From contig JBEKSC010000006.1 in assembly GCA_049517415.1 (NCBI GenBank), forward strand, positions 1 to 64,000: a stretch of 64,000 bases of DNA, written 5' to 3'. The translations under genes were made by a program, and so were the position numbers. Below are positions 38,896 to 48,774 of the stretch, piece after piece. The notes under the pieces were generated by a model that was not told where the DNA came from, did not search any database, and saw only the letters and a list, made by a program, of their open reading frames with translations. Numbering within the stretch: the first letter of the stretch is position 1; every line of letters starts with the position of its first letter. This DNA is from Candidatus Bathyarchaeia archaeon (GTDB lineage: Archaea > Thermoproteota > Bathyarchaeia > 40CM-2-53-6).

Positions 38896-39636
38896 GTGCA
38901 ATGCATGAGTGAAATTGTGAGTAGAAGGCTCTACTATTTGGCCGCTGTCGCTATGGTCGCGATTGTCCTCATCAGTGCGATAGCCCTTGTTCGGCCTCCA
39001 ACCGTTCAAACTATCGGTCAAAACGCGACTCCGAAGACGATTGAAGTTACTGGTACAGCAACCCTAAGTGCGCCGCCCGATGAGGCAATATTGGTTTTGG
39101 CCGTCCAAACACAAGCGACATCTGCGACTCAAGCTGCTGCCGACAACGCGGCAACTATGGCAAATGTCTTCGCGGCCCTAACCAACCTGGGAATTGACAA
39201 GAACTCGATTGAAACAGTGTCATACACGTTGTCACCGGTTTACGATCAAACGACCTCCTCTAAGGTTGTCGGGTATACCGCACGGAATGCGATTCAAATC
39301 ACGTTGAAAGACTTCAGTTTGGTCGGCAAAGTGCTGGACGCCGCTGTCTCTGCCGGAGCAAACGAAGTGCAGGGAATCATGTTTACCCTCTCGAGCACGG
39401 CACTAACAACACTTCAGGAACAGGCATTAGGACAAGCGCTTCAGGACGCAAATGGTCAAGCGCGAGCGATGGCTTCGAATCTAGGCGTCAGCATAGTCGG
39501 TCCAATATCAGTGTCGCCCGGCTACAGCTACCAACCAAACTCCTTAACCTTCAATGCCGCTTTACAACCAACACCGATACAACCAGGCACGTTACAAGTA
39601 ACAGTCACAGTGCAAGTAACTTACCAATTCGCGTAA
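38896..39636 (+). CDS. SIMPL (DUF541) domain protein
   Basis: TIEVTG...PDEA, LDAAVSAGAN, PIQPG...VTVTVQVTY. Confidence 0.88.
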   Translation: MQCMSEIVSRRLYYLAAVAMVAIVLISAIALVRPPTVQTIGQNATPKTIEVTGTATLSAPPDEAILVLAVQTQATSATQAAADNAATMANVFAALTNLGIDKNSIETVSYTLSPVYDQTTSSKVVGYTARNAIQITLKDFSLVGKVLDAAVSAGANEVQGIMFTLSSTALTTLQEQALGQALQDANGQARAMASNLGVSIVGPISVSPGYSYQPNSLTFNAALQPTPIQPGTLQVTVTVQVTYQFA

Positions 39637-39644
39637 GCCTAGAG

Positions 39645-40277
39645 CTAAAGGCCTAAGAAACGTGGCGTCACGTACGATTCAAAGTAGGCGGCGATGGCGA
39701 ACAGAACTACCGACAACAATGAGAGCAATAGCGTATCGCTAACTCCCTCCTTTAGAAGCGGCCGGTTCACGCTACGGCCGCTCAACTTTTCATATAACGA
39801 CCGCGTAGTCGTAATGTGCCAGCGTGCAAGTCCAGCAAACTCCAGTATGAACGCCGGGATCTCGAAGACCCCATGAGGCGTTAAACCAGCGATCGTGTAC
39901 ATTGCACCTTTTGTGATATTAGTAAAAGAGATAACTGCACCTATCACGACAGCATTTGCAAGCAGTTCGTAACCCAAACTAAAGGCGCCGATGAAAGGGG
40001 CCCAAACCCATATTCTAAGAGGATTCCAGAAATGTCCGATGTTGTTTAGAAAAATCAAAAAGTAAAGGCCCTTCGTATAGGGTGGGGGTATTGCAACATA
40101 AGCCCTAGTCGAGCCGACTAGATCTTCGAGGCCTTTCATTAGTTCCGGAGATGTCAAGAGAACGGCGTATGCAATTACCGCCGTCAGAATGATTATTGCG
40201 AAGAACGTTATCGCGACCGCTGAGATCAAAAGCTTGTTTCGAACGAGGGCCCCGCGTATGGCTGCGGTAATTGACAT
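39645..40277 (-). CDS. SpoIIM/DUF95-like membrane protein
   Basis: IFLNN, PHGVFEIPA, AAYFESYVTP. Confidence 0.85.
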   Translation of the reverse strand: MSITAAIRGALVRNKLLISAVAITFFAIIILTAVIAYAVLLTSPELMKGLEDLVGSTRAYVAIPPPYTKGLYFLIFLNNIGHFWNPLRIWVWAPFIGAFSLGYELLANAVVIGAVISFTNITKGAMYTIAGLTPHGVFEIPAFILEFAGLARWHITTTRSLYEKLSGRSVNRPLLKEGVSDTLLLSLLSVVLFAIAAYFESYVTPRFLGL

Positions 40278-40285
40278 TGAAGGCA

Positions 40286-41191
40286 CTAACTCGCTTGCTG
40301 CGTCCCGCAGTGAGGGCAGAACTTCGCGCTTTCCGGTACAGCCCCGCCACAAGTTACGCATTTTCTAGTTGGTGACTGAGGCCTCAGAAGGGCAAGAATC
40401 TGGTCTTCATATAGCGCTTGGTCTTGGAAATGTTGATTATAGTCTTTCAAAAGTGTGTAGAACCAATATATCCAAAAAAGCCCGCCCGTTATCGCGGTCA
40501 ATATCATGAAAAGTAACGGGTCTCTCTTGTGAGGCCTAGACGGAGGAAGGGTTGAAGGTACGATGCCTGCCTCGTTTAGGGCTCCGAGCAGGGTTGTTTG
40601 GTAGTTGGCCTGAAGTTCCTCGTGTCTGCGCAAGTCCTGGGTAAGGTTGAAGGCCACAATCAGGCCGACAACTGGTGTCACAAACAGGTACAGTACAGAC
40701 CAAAGACCGGCAGGCCGATCGCGCTCTTCTAATATTGATTCCTCCGACGATTGCCAGAGGCGGAAGGCATTTTCGTTCCCCGCTACGCTTGTCTTCGAAG
40801 TTAAGTATTTTTGAAGAGTCGAAAAGAGTCGTTGCTGTCTCCTGAAATGGCCGTTTCTTCTTTCAATCATGTAGTAGATAGCAAAAGCTCCAAACGCGAG
40901 TATGATGTAAAATGACACAATTGCGAAACCGTATAGCGCAAGAATTTCGCTCGCAGCTGTAATGGCACCTTCAGGTTGCTGAAGGCTGCCAATTCTTGAG
41001 ACAACCGAGACAAGGATTCCGATGAATGAGACTGCAAGGCCAATCCCCATCAAAATCGGCAGTATGGGCACAACCATCCATAGGTAGCCCATCCTTCGGT
41101 CGGTCGAAGAACGCCTCCGTATCAATTCCTCTACCTGTTGAATCAGTAATTGGGGCTGTATTGGCGTCTTTATACCCCCAACCTTGACCAT
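40286..41191 (-). CDS. DUF4234-like membrane protein with C-terminal zinc ribbon; start uncertain
   Basis: ITGGLFWIYWFY, CVTCG...FCPHCG. Confidence 0.75.
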   Translation of the reverse strand: MVKVGGIKTPIQPQLLIQQVEELIRRRSSTDRRMGYLWMVVPILPILMGIGLAVSFIGILVSVVSRIGSLQQPEGAITAASEILALYGFAIVSFYIILAFGAFAIYYMIERRNGHFRRQQRLFSTLQKYLTSKTSVAGNENAFRLWQSSEESILEERDRPAGLWSVLYLFVTPVVGLIVAFNLTQDLRRHEELQANYQTTLLGALNEAGIVPSTLPPSRPHKRDPLLFMILTAITGGLFWIYWFYTLLKDYNQHFQDQALYEDQILALLRPQSPTRKCVTCGGAVPESAKFCPHCGTQQAS

Positions 41192-41252
41192 AATACCTCT
41201 AGGGATAATCTCATAATGCTCATCGATAGTATTCTTGGTGAGGTTTAAGTCA

Positions 41253-41489
41253 TTGCCAAAGGCTTTCGTCTTCATGAATATTGACGCTGGCTCAGAGAAT
41301 GAGATTTTAAAAGACCTACGTCAAGTTCCCGAGGTTAAAGAGTCCTATTTCGTATACGGCGTCTACGACATAGTGGCAAAGATTGAAACAGATACAATGG
41401 ATCGCCTGAAAGAAGTCATCACCTGGAAAGTCCGCAGGCTGGACAAGATTCGGTCCACCCTAACTACCATTGTCAGCGAAGGCAAATAG
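41253..41489 (+). CDS. Stand-alone Lrp/AsnC RAM domain
   Basis: PKAFVFMN, VYGVYDIVAK, IRSTLT. Confidence 0.9.
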   Translation: MPKAFVFMNIDAGSENEILKDLRQVPEVKESYFVYGVYDIVAKIETDTMDRLKEVITWKVRRLDKIRSTLTTIVSEGK

Positions 41490-41536
41490 TAATTCCGAGT
41501 TCCGCCTCGAACCGATTCTAGGCGGAGGGCTTAGAG

Positions 41537-42694
41537 TCAGCGGTAGGGGAGGAACTCTTTGCCAAGCAATTCGCGGGCGACAACGATTTTGTTAATGTCC
41601 GTCGTTCCGTCCCCGATCATTGCTCCACGTATTTCTCTCAATCTGTATTCGTCCAGGCATTGAGTCGTGAAGCCGATTGCGCCTCGATTTTGAAGGCAGT
41701 CGTTTACGATTTCGAAGCATAGTTCCGGCACGTACCATTTGATCATAGCTGAGTACTTCGTTATCTTCTCACCTTTGTCTTTAGACCAAAGCGTCTTGTA
41801 ACAGAGCAGCCTGGCGGCTTCGAGCCTCGTGTAACCTTCAACAATTCGGGATTGGACTGATTCATATTTCCCGATAGGTCGTCCAAAGGCTGTACGTTGC
41901 TTCACGTAATCGATATTTTCGTCTAGGGCCGCTTCGGCCATGCCAACGCACCATACTGCTATTAGCGATCGCATGAGGTCGAAAGTTTCCATCACGTAAT
42001 AGAATCCTTTTCCTTCCTCCCCAATCAAGTTGGCAACTGGAATCGTCACGTCCTTCAACACGAAACCTCCGAAGGAGAACAACTTCCACCCAAGTGCATC
42101 GAGGTCATACCTTTCTATTCCCGACCTGTCCATCTCAACGAAAAACATGCTAACGCCCTTTGCTCCACCCTCTGGGTCCGTCTTAGCGAGAACACAATAC
42201 GCTCCACATTCGTTTATGCCAGTGATGCATTGCTTCTCGCCATTAAGCACATAGTTATCCCCTTTCCGAATTGCACGCGTAGTAATGGAAGCAGCATCCG
42301 ACCCCGCGGAGGGTTCCGTGTTCGCGATTCCAAGCAATCTTTCACCCTTCGCCATCGCCGGCAGCCACTCCCGTTTCAAGTTCTCCGGCCCATGCAACGA
42401 TAGAATCTCCCCCATGATATCGCCTAGCGGAATCTGCCATCCTGCACGCGCGATTTCCTCGACGAGAATTCCCATAGTGACTGCGTCAGCTTCCTGGCCG
42501 CCGAACTGCTTGGGGAACCTCAAACCCAAGAGGCCATTCTGGCCCATTTTACGGTAGAGTTCCCAAGGGAATTCGCCCTTTCGTTCCGCGTCTCTAATTT
42601 TCGGTGCGACTTCCTTCTTGGCAAATTCTCGAACAGTTCTACGGAAAAGTTCCTGCTCTTCGCTAAAACCAAAATCGAGAGGCATTTCACTCAC
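41537..42694 (-). CDS. Acyl-CoA dehydrogenase
   Basis: TEPSAGSD, LNGEK, RTAFGRPI, IGDGTTDI. Confidence 0.92.
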   Translation of the reverse strand: MSEMPLDFGFSEEQELFRRTVREFAKKEVAPKIRDAERKGEFPWELYRKMGQNGLLGLRFPKQFGGQEADAVTMGILVEEIARAGWQIPLGDIMGEILSLHGPENLKREWLPAMAKGERLLGIANTEPSAGSDAASITTRAIRKGDNYVLNGEKQCITGINECGAYCVLAKTDPEGGAKGVSMFFVEMDRSGIERYDLDALGWKLFSFGGFVLKDVTIPVANLIGEEGKGFYYVMETFDLMRSLIAVWCVGMAEAALDENIDYVKQRTAFGRPIGKYESVQSRIVEGYTRLEAARLLCYKTLWSKDKGEKITKYSAMIKWYVPELCFEIVNDCLQNRGAIGFTTQCLDEYRLREIRGAMIGDGTTDINKIVVARELLGKEFLPYR

Positions 42695-42941
42695 GGTTTT
42701 AGTTCCGGTTTACCATGCGTTGGGCTCTTAAGGTTGACTAGCAAACCAGTGAGCTCAAAGAGTTCACCTTCAGACGGCGCGAGGCCGTTCCCCTCGGTGG
42801 GGTCAACCGTTCACTAACTTTTCAGACCGTCTTGTTCTTGAATCATGGACTTGAAAAGTATTAGCTTAATTGGTTAGTTACGGGGTAGATTTATAACGAA
42901 AGAGAACGTGTTCGTTCTCGCTCGTGCGAGAGGTCCGAATT

Positions 42942-43331
42942 TTGGACGAGCTTGAGCAAATACGCGAAAAGAAATTACGTGAGCTGGTTGGGCGGATGTC
43001 AACACCGAGCATAGACAAACCGATTGTTATCAGTGATAGGAACTTTGAGCAAACGGTCAAGAATTACCCTCTAATTGTAGTTGATTGCTGGGCGGCCTGG
43101 TGTGCTCCGTGCCGCGCAATCGCACCCGTGGTGGAGGAGCTTGCGAAGGAGTACAGCGGGAAGGTCGTGTTTGGAAAGCTGAATGTTGACGACAACCCAG
43201 AGACTGCTGAAAAGTTTGGCATTAGGGCGATACCCACACTGCTTGTGATGAAGAATGGCAGTGAAGTGGACCGCATAGTTGGCGTACTACCTAAGAACCA
43301 ACTTGAAGCGCGGATAGGGTCAGTTGCTTAG
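42942..43331 (+). CDS. trxA: Thioredoxin
   Basis: WAAWCAPC, IPTL. Confidence 0.93.
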   Translation: MDELEQIREKKLRELVGRMSTPSIDKPIVISDRNFEQTVKNYPLIVVDCWAAWCAPCRAIAPVVEELAKEYSGKVVFGKLNVDDNPETAEKFGIRAIPTLLVMKNGSEVDRIVGVLPKNQLEARIGSVA

Positions 43332-43448
43332 AGTTAACTCAAAACGAAATCTGTTACAATTCGTTCCGCGCCACGCTCATTTGCTGGCGTGTCACCCAAA
43401 GCGCATCTTAAGAACAGCCATTCAAAGTAATACGTTAAGGTGGCTTAG

Positions 43449-43973
43449 GTGGGAATATACGAATTTGAAGGGCGTATTCCAACAATAGCATCCAACGCGT
43501 ACGTCGACGAAGACGCAAAAGTTCTAGGCGATGTTACAATAGGGCCGCAATGCTACATTGGTCCAGGCGCTAGAATCAGGGGAGATTACGGGACGATTAC
43601 AATAGGTGAAAAAACGAGCATACAAGAAAACTGTGTCCTCCACGCAAGGATCAATGAAAAATGTGAAGTCGGCAACCACGTTCAAATCGGGCACGGGGCG
43701 CTTCTTCACAACTGCACAATCAAGGACTATGCTGTGATTGGCGTTGGCGCAATCGTCAGCGATTACGGGACAGTTGGAGTCTGGAGCATCATAGGTGAGG
43801 GGGCAGTAGTGGCTAGCCATCAAACGATTCCTGACGGTAAAGTTGCCGTCGGGGTTCCCGCGAAAGTTATTCGAGACGTTGTAGACGCCGATAAACAACT
43901 TTGGACTAAGTACAAGGAAGCGTACGCTGACCTGGCATTGCGTTATCCTAAAGGCCTGAGGCGTATAAAGTAG
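43449..43973 (+). CDS. Gamma carbonic anhydrase-family hexapeptide protein
   Basis: RIRGD, IQENCVLH, IGHGALLH. Confidence 0.88.
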   Translation: MGIYEFEGRIPTIASNAYVDEDAKVLGDVTIGPQCYIGPGARIRGDYGTITIGEKTSIQENCVLHARINEKCEVGNHVQIGHGALLHNCTIKDYAVIGVGAIVSDYGTVGVWSIIGEGAVVASHQTIPDGKVAVGVPAKVIRDVVDADKQLWTKYKEAYADLALRYPKGLRRIK

Positions 43974-44034
43974 AAACGAATCAGGTCTTCGGCAATCTTA
44001 ATGTTTGAATTCCAGCAAGACATCCCGATGGGCG

Positions 44035-45573
44035 ATGCCCAAAGATCTAATAGCGGTTCTTGATTTCGGAGGCCAATATTCTCACCTCATCGCTCGCCGA
44101 GTAAGAGAATGTGAAGTCTATTCAGAACTACTGCCATACACAATGACATCGCAAGATATCCTGAAACTGAAAACGAATGGTATTATTCTCTCCGGCGGTC
44201 CAGCCAGCGTATACGACGAGAATGCTCCCAAATGTGACCCCGAGATTTTTCGGTTAGGGATACCTGTACTGGGGATCTGCTACGGCCTGCAGGTCATGGT
44301 TCAAATGTTGGGCGGTCGCGTGAAGGCGACAGAGCGCCGAGAATATGGAAAAACACAGCTGAACATAATTGACCACTCGGATCTGTTCCAAGGAATCAAC
44401 AGCCCCATCGCTTCATGGATGAGCCACGGGGATTATGCAGAAACTCTACCCGACGGCTTCGAGGTTATGGCCAGCTCAGAGAATTGCAAAACTGCCGCCA
44501 TACGGAATCCCTCACGCCGATTATACGGGGTGCAGTTTCATCCGGAGGTCGCACACACAGAGAAGGGCTTGGAAATCATAAGGAATTTTGCGACGAAAAT
44601 AAGCTCTTGTTCCCAGAGCTGGAATCCAAAGTCGATAATCGAAACCGCAGTCCAACAAATTCGCTCCGAAGTTGGCGATGCCGACGTCCTATCGGCTGTA
44701 AGCGGAGGAGTCGACTCAACAACTACCGCAGTTCTAGTACAGAGGGCCGTCGGCAAACGGCTAACGAGTATTTTCGTAAATCACGGCCTCTTGAGGAAAG
44801 ATGAGGAGAAGGTAGTCCTAAGGGCTTTGCGGGACAGACTCAAACTCGATGTACGCTATGTGGACGCTTCTGAAAGATTTCTCAAACGCCTCCAAGGTGT
44901 GGCTGACCCTGAACAGAAGCGGAAGATTATTGGTGAAGAATTCATCAAAGTCTTCGACGAAGAGAGTTCGAAAATCGGGACCTTTCAGTGGCTAGTTCAA
45001 GGAACGCTCTACCCAGATGTCATTGAAAGCGCGGGGACTGGTAGCATCGCGTCTCGGATCAAAACTCATCACAATGTTGGGGGGATTCCAGAGTGGTCGA
45101 GGTTTAGGATTCTTGAACCGCTAAAGTTTCTGTACAAGGACGAAGTTCGCAAGATTGCACGAGAACTTGGTCTCCCTGAGGCGATTGTGAAAACACACCC
45201 ATTCCCAGGTCCTGGTCTAGCGGTTCGGATTGTTGGAGATGTGACGGAGGAGAAGATTCGCATCTGTAGAAACGCTAGCGCAATAGTGGAGGAAGTCGTA
45301 GCCAGCCATGGCCTTTACGACTCAGTCTGGCAAGCATTCGCTATCGTAGGCGATGATCTAGTAGTCGGAGTGCTTGGCGATCAACGCCAATTAGGGCATG
45401 TTGTAACTGTCCGTATCGTCGAATCATCGGACGGTATGACCGCAGACTGGGCTAGAATTTCGTCTGATGTCATGGAGGAGCTCAGCAGCCGAATTACGGG
45501 GGAAGTGCCTGGCGTAACCTGGGTGACATACGCTATAACCTCGAAACCGCCCTCCACGATTGAGCCGGGGTAA
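44035..45573 (+). CDS. guaA: GMP synthase (fused GATase and ATPPase)
   Basis: LDFGGQY, GICYG, FHPE, SGGVDS, KTHHNVGG, PFPGPGL. Confidence 0.96.
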   Translation: MPKDLIAVLDFGGQYSHLIARRVRECEVYSELLPYTMTSQDILKLKTNGIILSGGPASVYDENAPKCDPEIFRLGIPVLGICYGLQVMVQMLGGRVKATERREYGKTQLNIIDHSDLFQGINSPIASWMSHGDYAETLPDGFEVMASSENCKTAAIRNPSRRLYGVQFHPEVAHTEKGLEIIRNFATKISSCSQSWNPKSIIETAVQQIRSEVGDADVLSAVSGGVDSTTTAVLVQRAVGKRLTSIFVNHGLLRKDEEKVVLRALRDRLKLDVRYVDASERFLKRLQGVADPEQKRKIIGEEFIKVFDEESSKIGTFQWLVQGTLYPDVIESAGTGSIASRIKTHHNVGGIPEWSRFRILEPLKFLYKDEVRKIARELGLPEAIVKTHPFPGPGLAVRIVGDVTEEKIRICRNASAIVEEVVASHGLYDSVWQAFAIVGDDLVVGVLGDQRQLGHVVTVRIVESSDGMTADWARISSDVMEELSSRITGEVPGVTWVTYAITSKPPSTIEPG

Positions 45574-45660
45574 GGATTAGGAAATCTGGTGAATACACAT
45601 AGGCCTCGCTCAGGTCTTGAGCGCAGAAAAAGAATCGGCGAAAAAGTTACGGTTTGTTGA

Positions 45661-46008
45661 TTACTTTGGTTTGAATGAGTGACCGCAACCACAGGTCTCG
45701 GTTGCATTCGGGTTGTTTACCCTGAAGCCCTCACCCATGACTGATTCAACATAGTCGACTTCAGATCCATCCACGTATTGCGCACTTTGTTCGTCAACTA
45801 GAAGTTTTACTCCGTGAGCTTCAATGACATTGTCGCCGTCGGTCTGGTTGTCGAAGGCCAAACCGTACTGGAAGCCGCTGCAGCCACCGCCCGAAACATA
45901 GAGGCGCAGCCCGACGTTCTCTTTGCCTTGCTTCTCCATCGCCGCTTTGACTTTCTCAGCAGCCTTCTCAGTCAACGTAATCTTCATGGTGGTTGGGGAG
46001 TGTAGCAT
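45661..46008 (-). CDS. A-type Fe-S carrier (ErpA/IscA family)
   Basis: GGGCSGFQY, CGCGHSF. Confidence 0.93.
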   Translation of the reverse strand: MLHSPTTMKITLTEKAAEKVKAAMEKQGKENVGLRLYVSGGGCSGFQYGLAFDNQTDGDNVIEAHGVKLLVDEQSAQYVDGSEVDYVESVMGEGFRVNNPNATETCGCGHSFKPK

Positions 46009-46137
46009 TCTAATGCACTATATTGCGGATATTACGTATGGATTATTTAAGTTTAGGTCACTGAAAAACAACCCAAACGCATAACAAACGCCCCATATCC
46101 AAAGTGGATGTAGGCGCTTTTCTGGAGGTTTACCTTA

Positions 46138-47274
46138 TTGACGCAGAGCCTCGGCATGGTTTACAGCGACGCCTTCCAGCAGTACAATTTTGGGCCGACT
46201 CATCCATTGAAACCTACTAGACTGAAGTTGACCTTCGAGCTGATGAGTTCAGTCAAGTTACTTGCTTCGCCAAACGTGGTGATTTGCGAACCACGTGAGG
46301 CGAGCTCTGATGAACTTATGCTCTTCCATGATGAAGATTATGTCAACCTAATCCATGAAGTTAGCAAGACGGGCGAAGGCTTTCTCGATTTAGGGGACAC
46401 TCCCGTCTTCAAAGGTTGCTATGAGGCGTCAGCACTCGCGGTCGGCGCGTCTCTGAAGGCGGTTGATATGGTAATGTCCGGTCAGGTAACTCATGCCATG
46501 AACATTTCTGGTGGGCTACACCATGCTCATCCAAGCCACGCTTCAGGTTTCTGTATCTTTAACGACCCAGCTATCTCGATCGCCTACCTGAAGAAAAAAT
46601 ACTCCCTGCAGAAGATCCTCTACTTGGACGTGGATGCGCATCATGGAGATGGAGTAATGTATGGTTTCTATTCAGACGCTGGGGTCTTGGACATAGACTT
46701 CCACGAAGACGGCCACCATCTTTTTCCTGGTACTGGCTTCACGGACGAAATAGGGGAAGGTAATGCCTCCGGACTTAAGATCAATATACCATTGTCCCCC
46801 TTAACGGGCGACGAGCCGTACATGGAGCTGTTCCGGGAGATCGTTCCCGCCGCAGTAAGGAAGTATAAGCCGAAAATCCTGCTACTCCAATGCGGAGCGG
46901 ACGCGCACGCAAACGACCTACTTGCTCACTTGCAGCTCACCACCAAGTCGTACGGAGAAGTCGGGAAGATCGTTCATGAATTAGCTCATGAGGTTGCTGG
47001 CGGCCGCCTCGTAGTTTTTGGCGGCGGCGGATACAATATAGCCAATGTTGCGAGAACGTGGACGGTTGTTGCTTCTGCTCTGATTGGGTACGCGCTCCCG
47101 AAAGAGGCCCCAACGGTCTGGCAGAAGATGTTTGAAGCTCTAGTCGGAGAAGAGGCTCCAGAATGTATCAGCAGTGAGGGGGAAGCGAAGCATGCACTTC
47201 CGTCCGACGTAATGCAGAATCAACAAGCCGAGATTCTAAAGGACCTGAAACGAAGAATATCCTATCTATCGTAG
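46138..47274 (+). CDS. AcuC/histone deacetylase-family protein
   Basis: GGLHHA, SGFCIFND, DVDAHHGDG, GGGGY. Confidence 0.92.
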   Translation: MTQSLGMVYSDAFQQYNFGPTHPLKPTRLKLTFELMSSVKLLASPNVVICEPREASSDELMLFHDEDYVNLIHEVSKTGEGFLDLGDTPVFKGCYEASALAVGASLKAVDMVMSGQVTHAMNISGGLHHAHPSHASGFCIFNDPAISIAYLKKKYSLQKILYLDVDAHHGDGVMYGFYSDAGVLDIDFHEDGHHLFPGTGFTDEIGEGNASGLKINIPLSPLTGDEPYMELFREIVPAAVRKYKPKILLLQCGADAHANDLLAHLQLTTKSYGEVGKIVHELAHEVAGGRLVVFGGGGYNIANVARTWTVVASALIGYALPKEAPTVWQKMFEALVGEEAPECISSEGEAKHALPSDVMQNQQAEILKDLKRRISYLS

Positions 47275-47295
47275 CCTTTCAAAGCGAGAAGAGTT

Positions 47296-48174
47296 TCAGG
47301 CGTTCTCTGCTATTGATTCCTGCGGCTTCAGGACTCCTGTGAGGAGGTCTTTTTGAACTCGCAGATAGTCCTCGGGTGTCCCAACGTCCGCCCAGTAGCC
47401 CTCATGCTTGTAACCGAAGATTGTGCCTTCCCGCGTGAGCTTAGGAAACACATCTAACTCGAGCGAGGTTCGCCTTCCCTTTGGAATCTTGGCGAAGACG
47501 GACGGGCGAATCACGTAGACGCCAGCATTTACCCAAACTTCACCAGTTGTTTGTTTCCGCGGTTTCTCAACGAAGCTTACAACTCTGTTATCGTTATCGA
47601 GTTCTACGGCGCCGAACCTTGTCGGTGTCTTCGTCTTCGCTAAAACAACTGTGGCAAGCGAGTTAGATTTCTTGTGAGCGTATATTAATTTGTCAAGGTC
47701 GAGTCCTGAAAAAATCACGTCGCCATTGAGGGCGAGGAAATCGGAGTTTATCAACTGCTCAGCATTCTTGATAGCGCCTCCTGTGTCCAGGGGTTCTTTC
47801 TCGAAGCTGAAACGCAATCGTATCCCAAGCCGGTGCTCGTCCAAGTAGCGCACAATTTGTTCCTGAAGGTAGCCTACTGCCAGTACAATCCTATCAAATT
47901 CGTATCGTTTCAGGTACTCAATTTGGTACTCAATCAATGCTTGGTATCCTATCGGCAGAAGAGCTTTGGGTGTCGAGAAGGAGGTTGGCCTGACTCGAGT
48001 TTCAAGCCCACCGCACAGGATTAATGCTGTCCTTTCCGGGCGAAATTGTTCCATTCCAAGTTTCAAAAGAAATTCTGCTGTCTGGGATCGGTTGGTAAAG
48101 CGTGCACCGTCCACAAGTAAGTCCACTTTATGCATGAGCAATGGGTCTATGGTCATACTGAAACGGCGTTTCAT
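47296..48174 (-). CDS. N-terminal RHH domain fused to a sugar-phosphate nucleotidyltransferase-like domain
   Basis: MKRRFSMTID...NRSQTAEFLL followed by ILCGGLETR...PK...GD...FVEKP...YWADVGTP. Confidence 0.85.
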   Translation of the reverse strand: MKRRFSMTIDPLLMHKVDLLVDGARFTNRSQTAEFLLKLGMEQFRPERTALILCGGLETRVRPTSFSTPKALLPIGYQALIEYQIEYLKRYEFDRIVLAVGYLQEQIVRYLDEHRLGIRLRFSFEKEPLDTGGAIKNAEQLINSDFLALNGDVIFSGLDLDKLIYAHKKSNSLATVVLAKTKTPTRFGAVELDNDNRVVSFVEKPRKQTTGEVWVNAGVYVIRPSVFAKIPKGRRTSLELDVFPKLTREGTIFGYKHEGYWADVGTPEDYLRVQKDLLTGVLKPQESIAENA

Positions 48175-48183
48175 GGCTAACTA

Positions 48184-48213
48184 GTAATACACCATATCCT
48201 TTAACTGTATTAC
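48184..48213. promoter_or_regulatory. Candidate operator GTAATAC-N16-GTATTAC around a TATA-like core
   Basis: Perfect inverted 7-mers immediately upstream of the RHH gene start. Confidence 0.65.
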
Positions 48214-48240
48214 GGTCAATTCGTACTCGGTTTATGTTCA

Positions 48241-48354
48241 ATGGATACATGCCCGGCTTGCGGAAGCAGGGACTTGGAATTCGTAATGTCTCAGGAGCAA
48301 GCAGCTCAGATCAAATGCGCGAACTGCGTGAACATTTGGTGGGACCAAAGCTAG
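48241..48354 (+). CDS. 37-aa Zn-ribbon microprotein (paralog 1)
   Basis: MDTCPACGSRDLEFVMSQEQAAQIKCANCVNIWWDQS. Confidence 0.8.
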   Translation: MDTCPACGSRDLEFVMSQEQAAQIKCANCVNIWWDQS

Positions 48355-48517
48355 TCCAGAGAACAAGTCGCAGCAAACTTAGCGCGCCCTATTGCCACAA
48401 AGAAGACTAGCCTACCTCTGCGTGTAATTACTCAAGCAGAGAGTAACTCGTTCACGAGTCCTGCGGATATGTGATGCGTAGAAGGTCATACTGCGACGAC
48501 TATTATTGGGTAGAGAA

Positions 48518-48547
48518 GTATTACCAGAAATCCTTTAATTGTATTAC
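48518..48547. promoter_or_regulatory. Second copy GTATTAC-N16-GTATTAC with the same ATCCTTTAA core
   Basis: Same spacing and core as 48184-48213; about 30 nt upstream of paralog 2. Confidence 0.65.
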
Positions 48548-48577
48548 ATTATTCTGTGAAGGCTAGCGGTCACCCAC

Positions 48578-48730
48578 ATGATGCGAGTTTGTCCGGCCTG
48601 CGGAAGTCGACGAATACAATTGAAACAGAGAAACACCTCCGAAGTGCGGATTGAATATTTGCCTGCGTTTGAAGAGTTCACCCAAGTTGTATGCGCTAAC
48701 TGCCACAACCTGTGGTGGGATCACAGCTAA
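48578..48730 (+). CDS. 50-aa Zn-ribbon microprotein (paralog 2)
   Basis: MMRVCPACGSRRIQLKQRNTSEVRIEYLPAFEEFTQVVCANCHNLWWDHS. Confidence 0.8.
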   Translation: MMRVCPACGSRRIQLKQRNTSEVRIEYLPAFEEFTQVVCANCHNLWWDHS

Positions 48731-48774
48731 TCAGGGAACACGTGAGAGCCCCATCGCTGTGGGGATATGAAGTC

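Noticed and set aside
43427..43433. Single GTAATAC upstream of the gamma-CA gene
   Set aside because: A lone 7-mer without a partner is expected by chance in 64 kb.
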